Part shown: positions 30,279 through 40,158 of the stretch, in pieces
How positions within the stretch are numbered: the first letter of the stretch is position 1
Layout of the letters: each line of letters opens with the position of its first letter
Notes under the pieces: generated by a model
Databases searched by the model: none
What the model saw: the letters and a program-made list of their open reading frames with translations, nothing else
Told to the model about the DNA's origin: nothing
Assembly (NCBI GenBank): GCA_938039305.1
Contig: CALHUZ010000537.1
Span: 1 to 44,350 of the forward strand
Reading direction: 5' to 3'
DNA from: an uncultured Saprospiraceae bacterium
GTDB lineage: Bacteria > Bacteroidota > Bacteroidia > Chitinophagales > Saprospiraceae
DNA length: 44,350 bases
Made by a program: the position numbers and the translations under genes

Positions 30279-33038
30279 TTATTTGATAGTTGACATGAAT
30301 TCATATTGCCCAGGGTCGAGCTCTAATTTAAATGCGTTTTCGAGCTTATTAATCAGTTTTACACCTGGGTGTTCAGATAATTTACTACCTGTCATTAACA
30401 ACTCTTTGCTTGTATCCCCTGGAACAATAAGTTCAGCAGTTGTATTAGGTGGAATTGTCGTGTTGATCTTAAAGGAGTCGTCTTCTAACTTCCACTCTGA
30501 CATTATCCAGCCATAAGGGCTGTCATATTCTGCTGTTACAGAATCGATAGGCCCTCCAAGTAGTGGAGCGATCCGTATGGACTTGTAGCCAGGTTCTAGA
30601 GCCTGAATGCCAGCAATTCTTTCATACATCCATTGACCTATTGCTCCATAGGCATAATGATTAAATGAATTCATTCCTTCTTTATGAAACCCTTCTTCAT
30701 GCGAATAACTGTCCCACCTTTCCCACATGGTGGTTGCCCCTTGATTAATGGAGTAAAACCATGAAGGATAAGTCTCCTTAAAAAGAATGGTGAACATTAA
30801 ATCGGGACGATTGATTTTTTCAAGGACAGGTGCGAGGAGGGGAGTACCTAAAAAACCTGTGCGCAAATGATTGTCAGCATTTCTAATTTCTGTTAATAAG
30901 TGAGGGACAACTTTCTCTTCCAATTCTGGCGTCAACAAGTTAAATCCAAGAGCCATGAGATAACCAGTTTGAGTAGGAGTACCGACGCTCACTCTTCCAT
31001 CATCATCGAAAAATGTATTTTGAAAAGATTGTCTTACCTCGTCTCGAAGGGTCTTCAAGCGGTTGGCATCCTCTTGCAATCCTAATACTTCGGCGGTTTG
31101 TCTTGTTAATTCAATGGATCTTGCATAATAGGCAGTAGATACCAAAGAGTCATCTGTTTCTCCTTTTTTGGTGTTTTCTGGGTTTTTGGAATAAGGCTGT
31201 AACCAATCTCCAAATGTGAACATTGTTACGATATGATTTGTGGCTTTTGATTCATAATAGTTCAGCCACTTGTGCATTGCTTGGTAATTATCATTCAGGA
31301 TATTTTGATCACCTGTCCGCTGATAGATTTCCCAAGGTATTATTGTGATTGCATCTCCCCATCCAGACGAAGAACGACCTTTATTAACTTTAGGAACGTA
31401 CCACGGAATGCCACCATCTTCATTTTGGTCTTCTCTTACGCTTTTCAACCAACTCGACCAAAAGGAATGTACATCTGCATTGAATAATGAAGTAGGGACA
31501 AAGACCTGTGCATCACCCGTCCACCCTAGACGCTCATTACGCTGCGGGCAATCAGTAGGAATGTCTAAAAAGTTACCTCGTAGTCCCCATTCAATATTAC
31601 TTTGTAATTGATTCAACTTTTCATGAGAAGAAATAAAGCTCGCTGACATGTCAAAATCAGAATATTGTACGAGTCCAGTTACCCATTCCTTCTTGGGAAT
31701 ATGATCTTCATCAAAACCGCTTAATTCTATATATCTAAATCCGTGGAAAGTAAATTTTGGATGCCAGGAAATGTTTCCATCCTCTGCGGGCGTATAGTAA
31801 TCAGTTGAAAGTGCTCCTCGATAGTTGTCGATATAAATAGAACCATCATTTTGTAGCATTTCAGACACTCTTATCTTTACTCTTTGTCCTTTTTTAACAG
31901 GGATATTAATGTGCGGCACTCCGGCCATATTTTGGCCCAAATCAAAAACGAATTGACCTGTGATAGGTTCGGATATACTTATTGGTTTTAATTCGGATTT
32001 ATTAGAAATCGGAGTATGGCTTTTAGGTCTGAGTAATACTTCTGGGTTCAGTGGTGCTTGGGTTGCATTTGTCCAGTCCTCAACATTAAAGTTAGCAGTA
32101 CTCCATAAAGGCATCTCTTTGTTGGCGTCATAAATCTCACCATCGTATAAACTCGAATACTGTATGGGGCCGTCAATGGAGACTTTCCATGAATCATCAG
32201 TTACAAAGGTTTCTCTTGTACCATTTTCATAAGTGATTTCGAGTTGAGCAATGATCTCAGGTAGCTTGTCAGTATAATTTCTAAAGAGTAATCTACCTGA
32301 ATGCCAACCTTCAGCTAGCATGAGACCCATGGCGTTGGATCCATCCTGAAGTAAGTGAGCAACATCATAAGACAATGATTCTATTCTTTTTTCGTAGGGC
32401 GTCCATCCTGGAGTGAGTACACCTTCTCCTACTTTTTTACCATTAATTTCAGCTTCGTATAGTCCTTTGGCAGAAATGTATAACCGAGCGTGCTTTATGG
32501 CAGGTTCTAATTGGATTTCTTTGCGCAGATATTGGATTTTATGAATTTTTCTATCTATCTCTGGTAGGCTATCAAGCTTTATATCTGGATGTCTTATCCA
32601 CTTTGCCGTCCAGTCTAGATTGCTGAGCAATCCTAGCTCAAAGTAGGCCATCTCGCTCCAGTTAGATTCATTACCACTTTCGTCCCAATATTTTATGCTC
32701 CAGAATACTTTTTGTCTAGAGTTTAATGGCGTTCCTTCATATTTAACATATAAGGACTGATCTGATTCAACTTTTCCACTTTGCCAAAGATCAGCATTTT
32801 GATGCAGCAAATCAGGTGAAGATGCCACGACGATAGAATAGGCTTTTTGTTTTTTAATTTCCTTTGGGAGTTTCCATGAAAATGTAGGTTGATTATCATA
32901 AAAACCTATCGGGTTGGATATTCCTTCGTTCAAGGTCAAATCAAAGGGCTCCGCTATTTTATTTTCTAATTGGCAGGATAAGAATAACAAAAATAGAATC
33001 CCAATACCATACCTTTTAAAATGTGCTCTTTTTATCAT
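30279..33038 (-). CDS. GH78 alpha-L-rhamnosidase
   Basis: PTFSWKL, KAYSIVVASS, FWSIKYWDE, PTDCPQRNERLGWTGDAQVF and HYAYGAIGQWMY. Signal peptide with LSC. Confidence 0.92.
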   Translation of the reverse strand: MIKRAHFKRYGIGILFLLFLSCQLENKIAEPFDLTLNEGISNPIGFYDNQPTFSWKLPKEIKKQKAYSIVVASSPDLLHQNADLWQSGKVESDQSLYVKYEGTPLNSRQKVFWSIKYWDESGNESNWSEMAYFELGLLSNLDWTAKWIRHPDIKLDSLPEIDRKIHKIQYLRKEIQLEPAIKHARLYISAKGLYEAEINGKKVGEGVLTPGWTPYEKRIESLSYDVAHLLQDGSNAMGLMLAEGWHSGRLLFRNYTDKLPEIIAQLEITYENGTRETFVTDDSWKVSIDGPIQYSSLYDGEIYDANKEMPLWSTANFNVEDWTNATQAPLNPEVLLRPKSHTPISNKSELKPISISEPITGQFVFDLGQNMAGVPHINIPVKKGQRVKIRVSEMLQNDGSIYIDNYRGALSTDYYTPAEDGNISWHPKFTFHGFRYIELSGFDEDHIPKKEWVTGLVQYSDFDMSASFISSHEKLNQLQSNIEWGLRGNFLDIPTDCPQRNERLGWTGDAQVFVPTSLFNADVHSFWSSWLKSVREDQNEDGGIPWYVPKVNKGRSSSGWGDAITIIPWEIYQRTGDQNILNDNYQAMHKWLNYYESKATNHIVTMFTFGDWLQPYSKNPENTKKGETDDSLVSTAYYARSIELTRQTAEVLGLQEDANRLKTLRDEVRQSFQNTFFDDDGRVSVGTPTQTGYLMALGFNLLTPELEEKVVPHLLTEIRNADNHLRTGFLGTPLLAPVLEKINRPDLMFTILFKETYPSWFYSINQGATTMWERWDSYSHEEGFHKEGMNSFNHYAYGAIGQWMYERIAGIQALEPGYKSIRIAPLLGGPIDSVTAEYDSPYGWIMSEWKLEDDSFKINTTIPPNTTAELIVPGDTSKELLMTGSKLSEHPGVKLINKLENAFKLELDPGQYEFMSTIK

Positions 33039-33121
33039 TGACTATTTATAGTTTCTGTTAATATTTCTGCTGCTTTATATACACTTTTAGGTAGTACTAT
33101 ATCGACAAAGTGATCTTATCT

Positions 33122-35272
33122 CTACAATACTTTTAGTTTAATATTTTTGAGATCTTCATTGACAGAAGACCCACCAATAAAAATTGTAAAGTCACCAGGC
33201 TCCACAACTTTGTTCATTTCTTGATTGAACAAGCAGAGCTCGTCAAAACCTAAATTAAATGATACAGTTTTACTTTCTCCAGGTAACAGGGTAATTCGAT
33301 TGAAGCCTTTGAGCATTTTTAAATATCTGCCTACAGAGGCATAGTCATCTTTAACATACATTTGCACAACTTCATCGCCTTTTCTATCACCGGTGTTCGT
33401 CACTTCGATAGAAAGAGTAGTGCTCCCATCAACAGGAATATTGTTCTTTTGAAGCACTGGTTCCCCATATTCAAATGTTGTATAACTCAAACCAAATCCA
33501 AATGGAAATAATGGAGATTTATCAGTAAATTTATAAAGTCCCTTTCCAGATCCAATAAAATCTGGCCGTTCCAGATAGGTAACGGGAATCTGACCTACCG
33601 AACGTGGAAAAGAAATAGGAAGTTTTCCTCCGGGATTAACATCTCCAAAAATCGCATCTGCTATAGCATCCCCAGAGTGCATACCTAGATACCAAGTTTC
33701 GAGAATAGAAGGGATATTATCAGCGATATAGTTAATTGTAAGAGGCCGTCCATTTATCATCACTACTATAACTGGCTTGCCGGTTTTATGTATGGCTTCC
33801 ACGAGATCATTTTGGACTCCGTAGAGATTCAGATCTGAGCGGTCAACTCCTTCACCACCAGTTCTACGAGAACCACCCACTACTAAGACAACTGCATCTG
33901 AATTATTTGCAGCAGCAATAGCCTCTGGGAATCCAGACTTATTATTGCTTAATAGATCACATCCTTTGGCATAATTTATTTTGACTTTGCCATCTAACTT
34001 ATTAGTTAATCCTTGTAGGACAGATATATAATATGGGGGTAGGCCAGAGTAACCGCCTAATAAAGAGTAGGTACCCTTATTGGGTTTTTCTTCGGTTGCA
34101 TTTGGGCCAATAACTGCTAAAGACTTAATTTTTGAAATATTGAGTGGCAATAAGTCATTTTCATTTTTTAGTAAGACAATTGCTTTTTTTGCCATGTCAT
34201 ATGCAAACTCCTGATGCTCTGGACGACTGACGATGGTGTCTGACTTGGCCTCCTTTAGCTTTGACCCAAATAATCCTAGTTTGTATTTAGCAGTAAGAAT
34301 ACGAGATACGGACTGATCAATGTATTCTAAGAGTTTAGGATTTTGCTCTAAGGTATCTTTTAAAATGGTGGTGTGATATGTATAGAAATCTATATTCTTA
34401 CCTAATACTAGATCCATATCTACACCAGCTTTCAGTCCCAGGATAGCTGCTTCTGTTCTTGTCTTTGCAATTGCATGCATGGTCTCTAATCTTCCGACAT
34501 CATTATTATCAGAAATTATAAAACCATTAAATCCCAATTCATCACGCAAAACCTCATTCAACAACCACGCATTCATGTGGCATGGTATGCCATTATAATC
34601 TTGATGTCCAGGCATCACACAACCAACTTCAGCTTCTTTGATTGCCGCTATAAAAGGAGGCAGAAATACTTCTCTTAATCGACGTTCCGAAAGGTCACTA
34701 AATCCGCTATTTATGCCGCGACGATTTTCAGGGTATGCCACAAAGTGTTTTGCTGTGGTCAAAATATGATTTTGATCAAATTGTTCTTCTCCCATGCCTT
34801 GCATACCTTGTATGAAGGCGACACCCATTCTTGAAACTAAGTACGGATCTTCACCATAGGATTCTTCTACTCTTCCATATCTAGCATCTCCGGAAATAAC
34901 ATCTAAATTGGGAGAATAGCAGTGAGTTATATTAAGTGCACGCGCTTCAATGGCTGTCTGTGCAGCCATTTTTTTAATGAGTTCAGGCTCCCAGGTAGAA
35001 CCACATGCGATCGCTTGTGGATACACAGTAACCCCATCATACCATAATCCATGAAGGCCCTCACCAAACTTCATAAATGGGATGCCTAATCTATCATTGG
35101 CAGGGGCATCTTGAGTCATTTCTGCTATTTTTTCTTCTATAGTCATTTTATCAAGAAGAGCAGATACTTTGTCATCTATACTTGACTCTGTATTAGGATC
35201 ATTTTGCTTGTTATTAGATAGACAAGCAGAAAAGATTAGGACTATGCAATATGAAAGGAGAATTTTATACAT
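33122..35272 (-). CDS. GH3 beta-glycosidase (beta-glucosidase/beta-xylosidase type)
   Basis: [32 protein letters not shown] and a fibronectin-like C-terminus. Paralog of 7843-10140. Confidence 0.9.
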   Translation of the reverse strand: MYKILLSYCIVLIFSACLSNNKQNDPNTESSIDDKVSALLDKMTIEEKIAEMTQDAPANDRLGIPFMKFGEGLHGLWYDGVTVYPQAIACGSTWEPELIKKMAAQTAIEARALNITHCYSPNLDVISGDARYGRVEESYGEDPYLVSRMGVAFIQGMQGMGEEQFDQNHILTTAKHFVAYPENRRGINSGFSDLSERRLREVFLPPFIAAIKEAEVGCVMPGHQDYNGIPCHMNAWLLNEVLRDELGFNGFIISDNNDVGRLETMHAIAKTRTEAAILGLKAGVDMDLVLGKNIDFYTYHTTILKDTLEQNPKLLEYIDQSVSRILTAKYKLGLFGSKLKEAKSDTIVSRPEHQEFAYDMAKKAIVLLKNENDLLPLNISKIKSLAVIGPNATEEKPNKGTYSLLGGYSGLPPYYISVLQGLTNKLDGKVKINYAKGCDLLSNNKSGFPEAIAAANNSDAVVLVVGGSRRTGGEGVDRSDLNLYGVQNDLVEAIHKTGKPVIVVMINGRPLTINYIADNIPSILETWYLGMHSGDAIADAIFGDVNPGGKLPISFPRSVGQIPVTYLERPDFIGSGKGLYKFTDKSPLFPFGFGLSYTTFEYGEPVLQKNNIPVDGSTTLSIEVTNTGDRKGDEVVQMYVKDDYASVGRYLKMLKGFNRITLLPGESKTVSFNLGFDELCLFNQEMNKVVEPGDFTIFIGGSSVNEDLKNIKLKVL

Positions 35273-35415
35273 AGAAAAAATGAGCTCATATTTTTTAGGT
35301 ACTACGCAACATGTATTTACATATCTGTATTACTTGCCAGGGTAGTTGGAGGTAATAGTTAAGGAAGTACTGGTTTAAAATATTACTAGTATAACGGGAA
35401 TTAGATGAAGTAGCA

Positions 35416-35431
35416 TCCTGTACTATCCTGT
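35416..35431 (-). promoter_or_regulatory. Site E of the recurrent direct-repeat element (ACAGGA-tagt-ACAGGA on the minus strand)
   Basis: The plus strand reads TCCTGTACTATCCTGT, a perfect copy in the direction of the GH3/GH78/propeller/sulfatase operon. It lies 144 nt before the ATG at 35272, the only site that departs from the ~63-70 nt spacing. Confidence 0.55.
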
Positions 35432-35505
35432 GGATTTAATTATAAATCTTAGTCCCAAGAATGCATCTCGATGTTGGATGATGATAGCCGTTACAAAGGT
35501 AAAGT

Positions 35506-36594
35506 TTAAATAGAATCGCGATCTATGAACCGGAATGGGTTCTTAACCATTTTATTTTCTTTATTAAGGATCATATCTGCGGCAGTTTCACCCATTTGCT
35601 TGAAATCGGTAGAAATCACGGTTATGCCTAACAGTTCTTTAAGAGGAGTTTCGTTATATGAAATGACACCGATATCCTGGCCAATTTCATATTCATTTTC
35701 TCTTATTAAATTAATTAAATTAACGAGGTCAGACTCTGTGATTGTTATAAAAAGGTCTCCCTTTTTTAATATCATATCCTCGAATATTTCTTCCAATACC
35801 TCAAACTTAAGTTGGTGTTGGTTACAAAATTTACGGAAGCCTTGAGATATTCTTCTGGGATAAGGATAGACTGATGAGGTAGGGTAGGCGATGATTAAGC
35901 GTTTGTATTTTTTAATTTTCTCCAACCCTTCGTTAAGGGCATTATAAATATCGTTTTCAAAATCCTGATAAACACCTTTAAAGCTTTTGTCACCTGATAA
36001 CTTGTTGTCAATAATCAACAGCTTTTCTTTTGGTATCTTTTCTAACTCTTCATCAATGGCACTGGAAGTACTTTTATGAGCCAAGGTTTCCGACTTAAAA
36101 TGGGGCATTATGATATAGTAGTCATAGGCATTTTGATATTTTTTCAAGAACTCAAGAAACAGACGCTCATCACAATGATAGATATTCAAATCAGTATGAG
36201 CCACCCCTCCAATTCTATTAATGAATGAATTATAGATCTGCATTTTGTAAGAACTGGGCTTATTGATCAGAATGAGTATATTGATTTTGGATATGAGCTG
36301 AGTGCGAGCCACATAAAATCCCTTTCCTCGAATCGAGGTGATAATTTTACGTTCTTTTAAAATGTTATAAGCTTTTTCAACGGTGTCCCTTGATAGATCG
36401 AAAGTCTCGCTAAGCATATTTATAGAAGGAATCTTTTGCTCCATACTTAGCCGGCCATTGGAAATATTAAAAATAGTGGAATCAACTATTTGTTGATATT
36501 TAGGTTTTCTTGAGTCTTTATCAATGCTAATGAACTTAGATACCTCCATCGGATTAAATCTTTTGCTATTGGAACTTACAATCGAAATGTACAA
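35506..36594 (-). CDS. Transcriptional regulator: GntR-type HTH fused to a LacI/PBP-like sugar sensor (paralog of 24698-25747)
   Basis: KPKYQQIVDSTIFNI...INMLSETFDLSRDTVEKAYNILKERKIITSIRGKGFYV. The C-terminus aligns by eye with the other regulator (YDYYIIMPHFK, YQDFENDIYNAL, VYPYPRRISQGFRKFC, ISYNETPLKELLGITVISTDF). The likely true start is the Met at 36549. Confidence 0.8.
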   Translation of the reverse strand: MYISIVSSNSKRFNPMEVSKFISIDKDSRKPKYQQIVDSTIFNISNGRLSMEQKIPSINMLSETFDLSRDTVEKAYNILKERKIITSIRGKGFYVARTQLISKINILILINKPSSYKMQIYNSFINRIGGVAHTDLNIYHCDERLFLEFLKKYQNAYDYYIIMPHFKSETLAHKSTSSAIDEELEKIPKEKLLIIDNKLSGDKSFKGVYQDFENDIYNALNEGLEKIKKYKRLIIAYPTSSVYPYPRRISQGFRKFCNQHQLKFEVLEEIFEDMILKKGDLFITITESDLVNLINLIRENEYEIGQDIGVISYNETPLKELLGITVISTDFKQMGETAADMILNKENKMVKNPFRFIDRDSI

Positions 36595-36638
36595 GGAATT
36601 AAGACCAAATGGATAGTTTGGCAGTGGATTTTTATATG

Positions 36639-36654
36639 TCGGGATAGTACAGGA
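36639..36654 (+). promoter_or_regulatory. Site F of the recurrent direct-repeat element (TCGGGA-tagt-ACAGGA)
   Basis: Ends 70 nt before the ATG at 36724. A -7-like TTATTTTG at 36676-36683 lies 21 nt downstream. An additional GGATAGT lies at 36611-36617. The site is in the divergent region shared with regulator 35506-36594. Confidence 0.6.
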
Positions 36655-36723
36655 CAGACTAAGAGGTACTTCTATTTATTTTGGCAATCTATATATGAAA
36701 AAGGTGATTATTAAAAATTAGAT

Positions 36724-38820
36724 ATGAAAAATAAATTTAATTATGTGAACTACCTCTGGGACGATAAGAAAGCTGCGGATCTCCAAGGCGACGAGGTAGG
36801 ACTATTTCTATACAGATCTAATATATTGGGATCCGACTTAAGAATAACTAATTATGGCGGAGGGAATACCAGTTGTAAAACCATAGAAAAGGATCCGTTG
36901 ACCGCTGAAGATGTCGAAGTCATGTGGATTAAAGGGTCAGGAGGGGATATTGGTACTCTTACAAAGACAGGGATAGCTGGTTTATATACAGAAAGGTTAA
37001 GGAATCTTAAAAACACTTATCAAGGATTAGCAGATGAAGATCGCATGGTTGGTCTGTTTTACCATTGCATCTATGACTTAGACAGTAGAGCCCCTTCAAT
37101 AGATACGGCACTGCATGGATTGTTACCTTTCAAACATATTGATCATTTGCACCCAGATGCGCTCATTGCAGTGGCTGCTGCAAAGGATAGTAAAAAAGTG
37201 ACCCAGGAGATATGGGGAGATACGATGGGATGGGTCCCATGGCAGCGGCCAGGGTTTGATTTAGGGCTACAATTAGAGAAATGCCTGAATGAGCATCCTG
37301 GTATTCGTGGTATCGTTTTAGGCAGTCATGGATTATTTACTTGGGGAGACACTTCATATGAATGCTATATAAATAGCTTAGAAGTCATTGAGAGAGCTTC
37401 TGAGTATATCCAGAAGAAAATAAGCAAGAAAGAGAAAGTTTTTGGTGGGCAAAAAATACAAAGTCTACCCAAAGAAGCGCGCTTAGAAACAGCTGCGCAA
37501 CTCATGCCATTGTTGCGAGGATTGTGTTCTTCAGAAAACCGAATGATTGGTCATTTTAATGATGACGATGTGGTTCTTGAATATATCAACAGTAATGATT
37601 TGGCTCGTTTAGCTCCAATGGGTACATCATGCCCTGATCATTTCTTGAGAACGAAGATTCAACCGCTGGTTTTAGAATTAGGTACGGATGAAAACCTGAG
37701 TGATACAGTAGCCATTCTTGACAAACTTAAACCTGCTTTTGAGCAGTATAGAAAGGAATATCAAGAATACTATACCCAACATAAGCGAGCTAACAGTCCT
37801 GCGGTAAGAGATGCCAATCCGGTCATTATCATCTATCCAGGCGTCGGTATGTTTAGTTTTGCAAAAAACAAACAAACCGCTCGTGTGGCGAATGAGTTTT
37901 ATGTCAATGCAATCAATGTAATGCGTGGAGCAGAGGCTATCACTGAGTACACATCTTTGCCAAGACAAGAAGCATTTGATATCGAATATTGGTTACTGGA
38001 GGAGGCTAAACTACAGCGTATGCCTAAAGAAAAGCCCTTATCCAGGAAGGTGGCGTTGGTTACCGGAGCCGGTGGAGGTATCGGTAAGGCAATAGCTGAG
38101 AAATTGGCAGAAGAAGGAGCCAATGTTATACTAACCGACATTGATGAAGATCGATTGATTGAATCAATGAAATCATTTGGCAAAGATGTCGCAAGTTATG
38201 CAGTTTGTGATGTTACTCAATGTGAGTCAATAGCCCAAGCATTTAAAAAAGCCTGCTTAGAATATGGTGGTGTAGATATAGTTGTTCATAGCGCAGGATT
38301 AGCCATTTCAAAACCACTTGAAGATACAAGTATAGCAGATTGGGACATACTTCAGAATGTGTTGGTGAAGGGGCAATTTGTACTTGCACAACAAGCTGTT
38401 GCTATTATGCGGAAACAAGGCTTAGGAGGTGACTTCATAAGTATTGCAAGTAAGAATGGCTTAGTATCAGGGCCTAATAATGTAGGTTATGGAACTTCTA
38501 AGGCGGCGCAACAACACATGACTCGATTATTGGCTGCAGAACTCGGACAAGATAAGATAAGGGTCAATACAGTAAATCCTGATGGTGTCATAGTTGGGAG
38601 CAAAATATGGGAAGGAGCATGGGCTGAAGGACGTGCTAAGGCACATGGGATAACAGTAGAAGAGCTTCCTGCACATTACGCAAAAAGAAACTTACTTAAT
38701 GACATCATTTATCCTGAGGATATTGCTAATGGGGTGTTTTCACTTGTTGGTATATTAGATAAATCTACTGGAAACATTATAAATGTAGATGGAGGAATGG
38801 CTAATGCATTCGTACGATGA
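36724..38820 (+). CDS. rhaEW: Bifunctional L-rhamnulose-1-phosphate aldolase / short-chain dehydrogenase (lactaldehyde dehydrogenase type)
   Basis: The N-terminal class II aldolase-like part has NYGGGNTSCKT and HLHPD. The C-terminal SDR has TGAGGGIGKA and YGTSKAA. The ~700 aa size is typical of YuxG/RhaEW-type proteins. Confidence 0.85.
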   Translation: MKNKFNYVNYLWDDKKAADLQGDEVGLFLYRSNILGSDLRITNYGGGNTSCKTIEKDPLTAEDVEVMWIKGSGGDIGTLTKTGIAGLYTERLRNLKNTYQGLADEDRMVGLFYHCIYDLDSRAPSIDTALHGLLPFKHIDHLHPDALIAVAAAKDSKKVTQEIWGDTMGWVPWQRPGFDLGLQLEKCLNEHPGIRGIVLGSHGLFTWGDTSYECYINSLEVIERASEYIQKKISKKEKVFGGQKIQSLPKEARLETAAQLMPLLRGLCSSENRMIGHFNDDDVVLEYINSNDLARLAPMGTSCPDHFLRTKIQPLVLELGTDENLSDTVAILDKLKPAFEQYRKEYQEYYTQHKRANSPAVRDANPVIIIYPGVGMFSFAKNKQTARVANEFYVNAINVMRGAEAITEYTSLPRQEAFDIEYWLLEEAKLQRMPKEKPLSRKVALVTGAGGGIGKAIAEKLAEEGANVILTDIDEDRLIESMKSFGKDVASYAVCDVTQCESIAQAFKKACLEYGGVDIVVHSAGLAISKPLEDTSIADWDILQNVLVKGQFVLAQQAVAIMRKQGLGGDFISIASKNGLVSGPNNVGYGTSKAAQQHMTRLLAAELGQDKIRVNTVNPDGVIVGSKIWEGAWAEGRAKAHGITVEELPAHYAKRNLLNDIIYPEDIANGVFSLVGILDKSTGNIINVDGGMANAFVR

Positions 38821-38869
38821 TGTTTTGTCTTTACATCGCATATCTACAGAATAACATTAAAATATAGGA

Positions 38870-40150
38870 ATGAGAATAGATAACAATCATGTTGAGGAAA
38901 TAAATCGAAGTGGTATAAAAGAACATGCGAGTAGATTTGATTTTTTAGCTGGAATACTCCAAAAGGGAGGGCATGATGTAAATTCTATTTTAAAGAAAGT
39001 ATCAGATTTTCAAGTGGCTATTCCCAGTTGGGCTCTGGGAGCTGGGGGGACGAGATTTGGTCGATTTGGTTATAAAGGAGAGCCAGCAACACTGTCTCAA
39101 AAGATTGATGATGTTGGACTCTTGCATAAGTTAACTCAATCAGCAGGAGCCATATCCATACATATTCCATGGGACATTCCTACAGACTATAGTTCAATCA
39201 AAGAATTAGCCAACTCTCACGGCCTTGTATTTGACGCAGTCAACTCGAATACATTTCAAGATCAGGTGAATGCTACTGAGACATATAAGTATGGATCTTT
39301 GAGTAATGTAGAAAAGGCTGTCAGGGATCAAGCCATAGAACACAACAAAGAGGTGATTCAAATCGGAGAGAAGTTGGGGTCTAAAAGCTTGACGGTTTGG
39401 TTAGCCGATGGGTCAAATTTTCCAGGGCAGACTAACTTTCAAAAGGCACTGCAACATACTCAAGATAGTTTGATTAGCATATATAAGTCGCTTCCAGATG
39501 ATTGGAAACTATTTATCGAGTACAAACCATATGAACCTAACTTTTATAGTACGGTGATCCAAGATTGGGGTACTTCACTCATGTTAGCAAATGAATGTGG
39601 GGAGAAAGCATACACGTTAGTAGATTTAGGACATCACTTGCCAAATACGAATATTGAGCAAATCGTAGCTACTTTAATGCTAAAAGGCAAGCTTGGTGGA
39701 TTTCATTTTAATGATAGCAAGTATGGTGATGATGACTTAACAGTAGGAAGCATAAAACCCTATTCACTATTTTTAATATTTAATGCTTTGGTATATGGTA
39801 TAGAAAATAATCCACAGAATCCATATCCGGCCTGGATGATAGACGCAAGTCACAATATCAAAGATCCTTTGGAGGACTTAATTCAGTCTTTGGAAGCAAT
39901 ACAAGAAGCTCATGCTAAGGCCTTACTAGTAGATCAGAATCTTTTAGAAGAGGCTCAATTAAGTCATGATGTAGTAAAAAGTCAAGAAATACTTCAAGAC
40001 GCCTTTCGTACAGATGTGCGACCATTACTTAAAGAAGCTAGGCTTATGGCCGGAGGAGCACTAAACCCTTTGCATGGATATAGGCAATTGAAAGTGCGCA
40101 ATGAATTAATAAAAGAGCGGGGTATTGATTCAGTAGCATCAGGTTTATAA
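38870..40150 (+). CDS. rhaI: L-rhamnose isomerase, xylose-isomerase-like TIM-barrel type
   Basis: IPSWALGAGGTRFGRF near the N-terminus, ~426 aa, and a position between the aldolase and kinase genes. This resembles the Pseudomonas stutzeri-type L-RhI rather than E. coli RhaA. Confidence 0.75.
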   Translation: MRIDNNHVEEINRSGIKEHASRFDFLAGILQKGGHDVNSILKKVSDFQVAIPSWALGAGGTRFGRFGYKGEPATLSQKIDDVGLLHKLTQSAGAISIHIPWDIPTDYSSIKELANSHGLVFDAVNSNTFQDQVNATETYKYGSLSNVEKAVRDQAIEHNKEVIQIGEKLGSKSLTVWLADGSNFPGQTNFQKALQHTQDSLISIYKSLPDDWKLFIEYKPYEPNFYSTVIQDWGTSLMLANECGEKAYTLVDLGHHLPNTNIEQIVATLMLKGKLGGFHFNDSKYGDDDLTVGSIKPYSLFLIFNALVYGIENNPQNPYPAWMIDASHNIKDPLEDLIQSLEAIQEAHAKALLVDQNLLEEAQLSHDVVKSQEILQDAFRTDVRPLLKEARLMAGGALNPLHGYRQLKVRNELIKERGIDSVASGL

Positions 40151-40158
40151 TTTTCACA

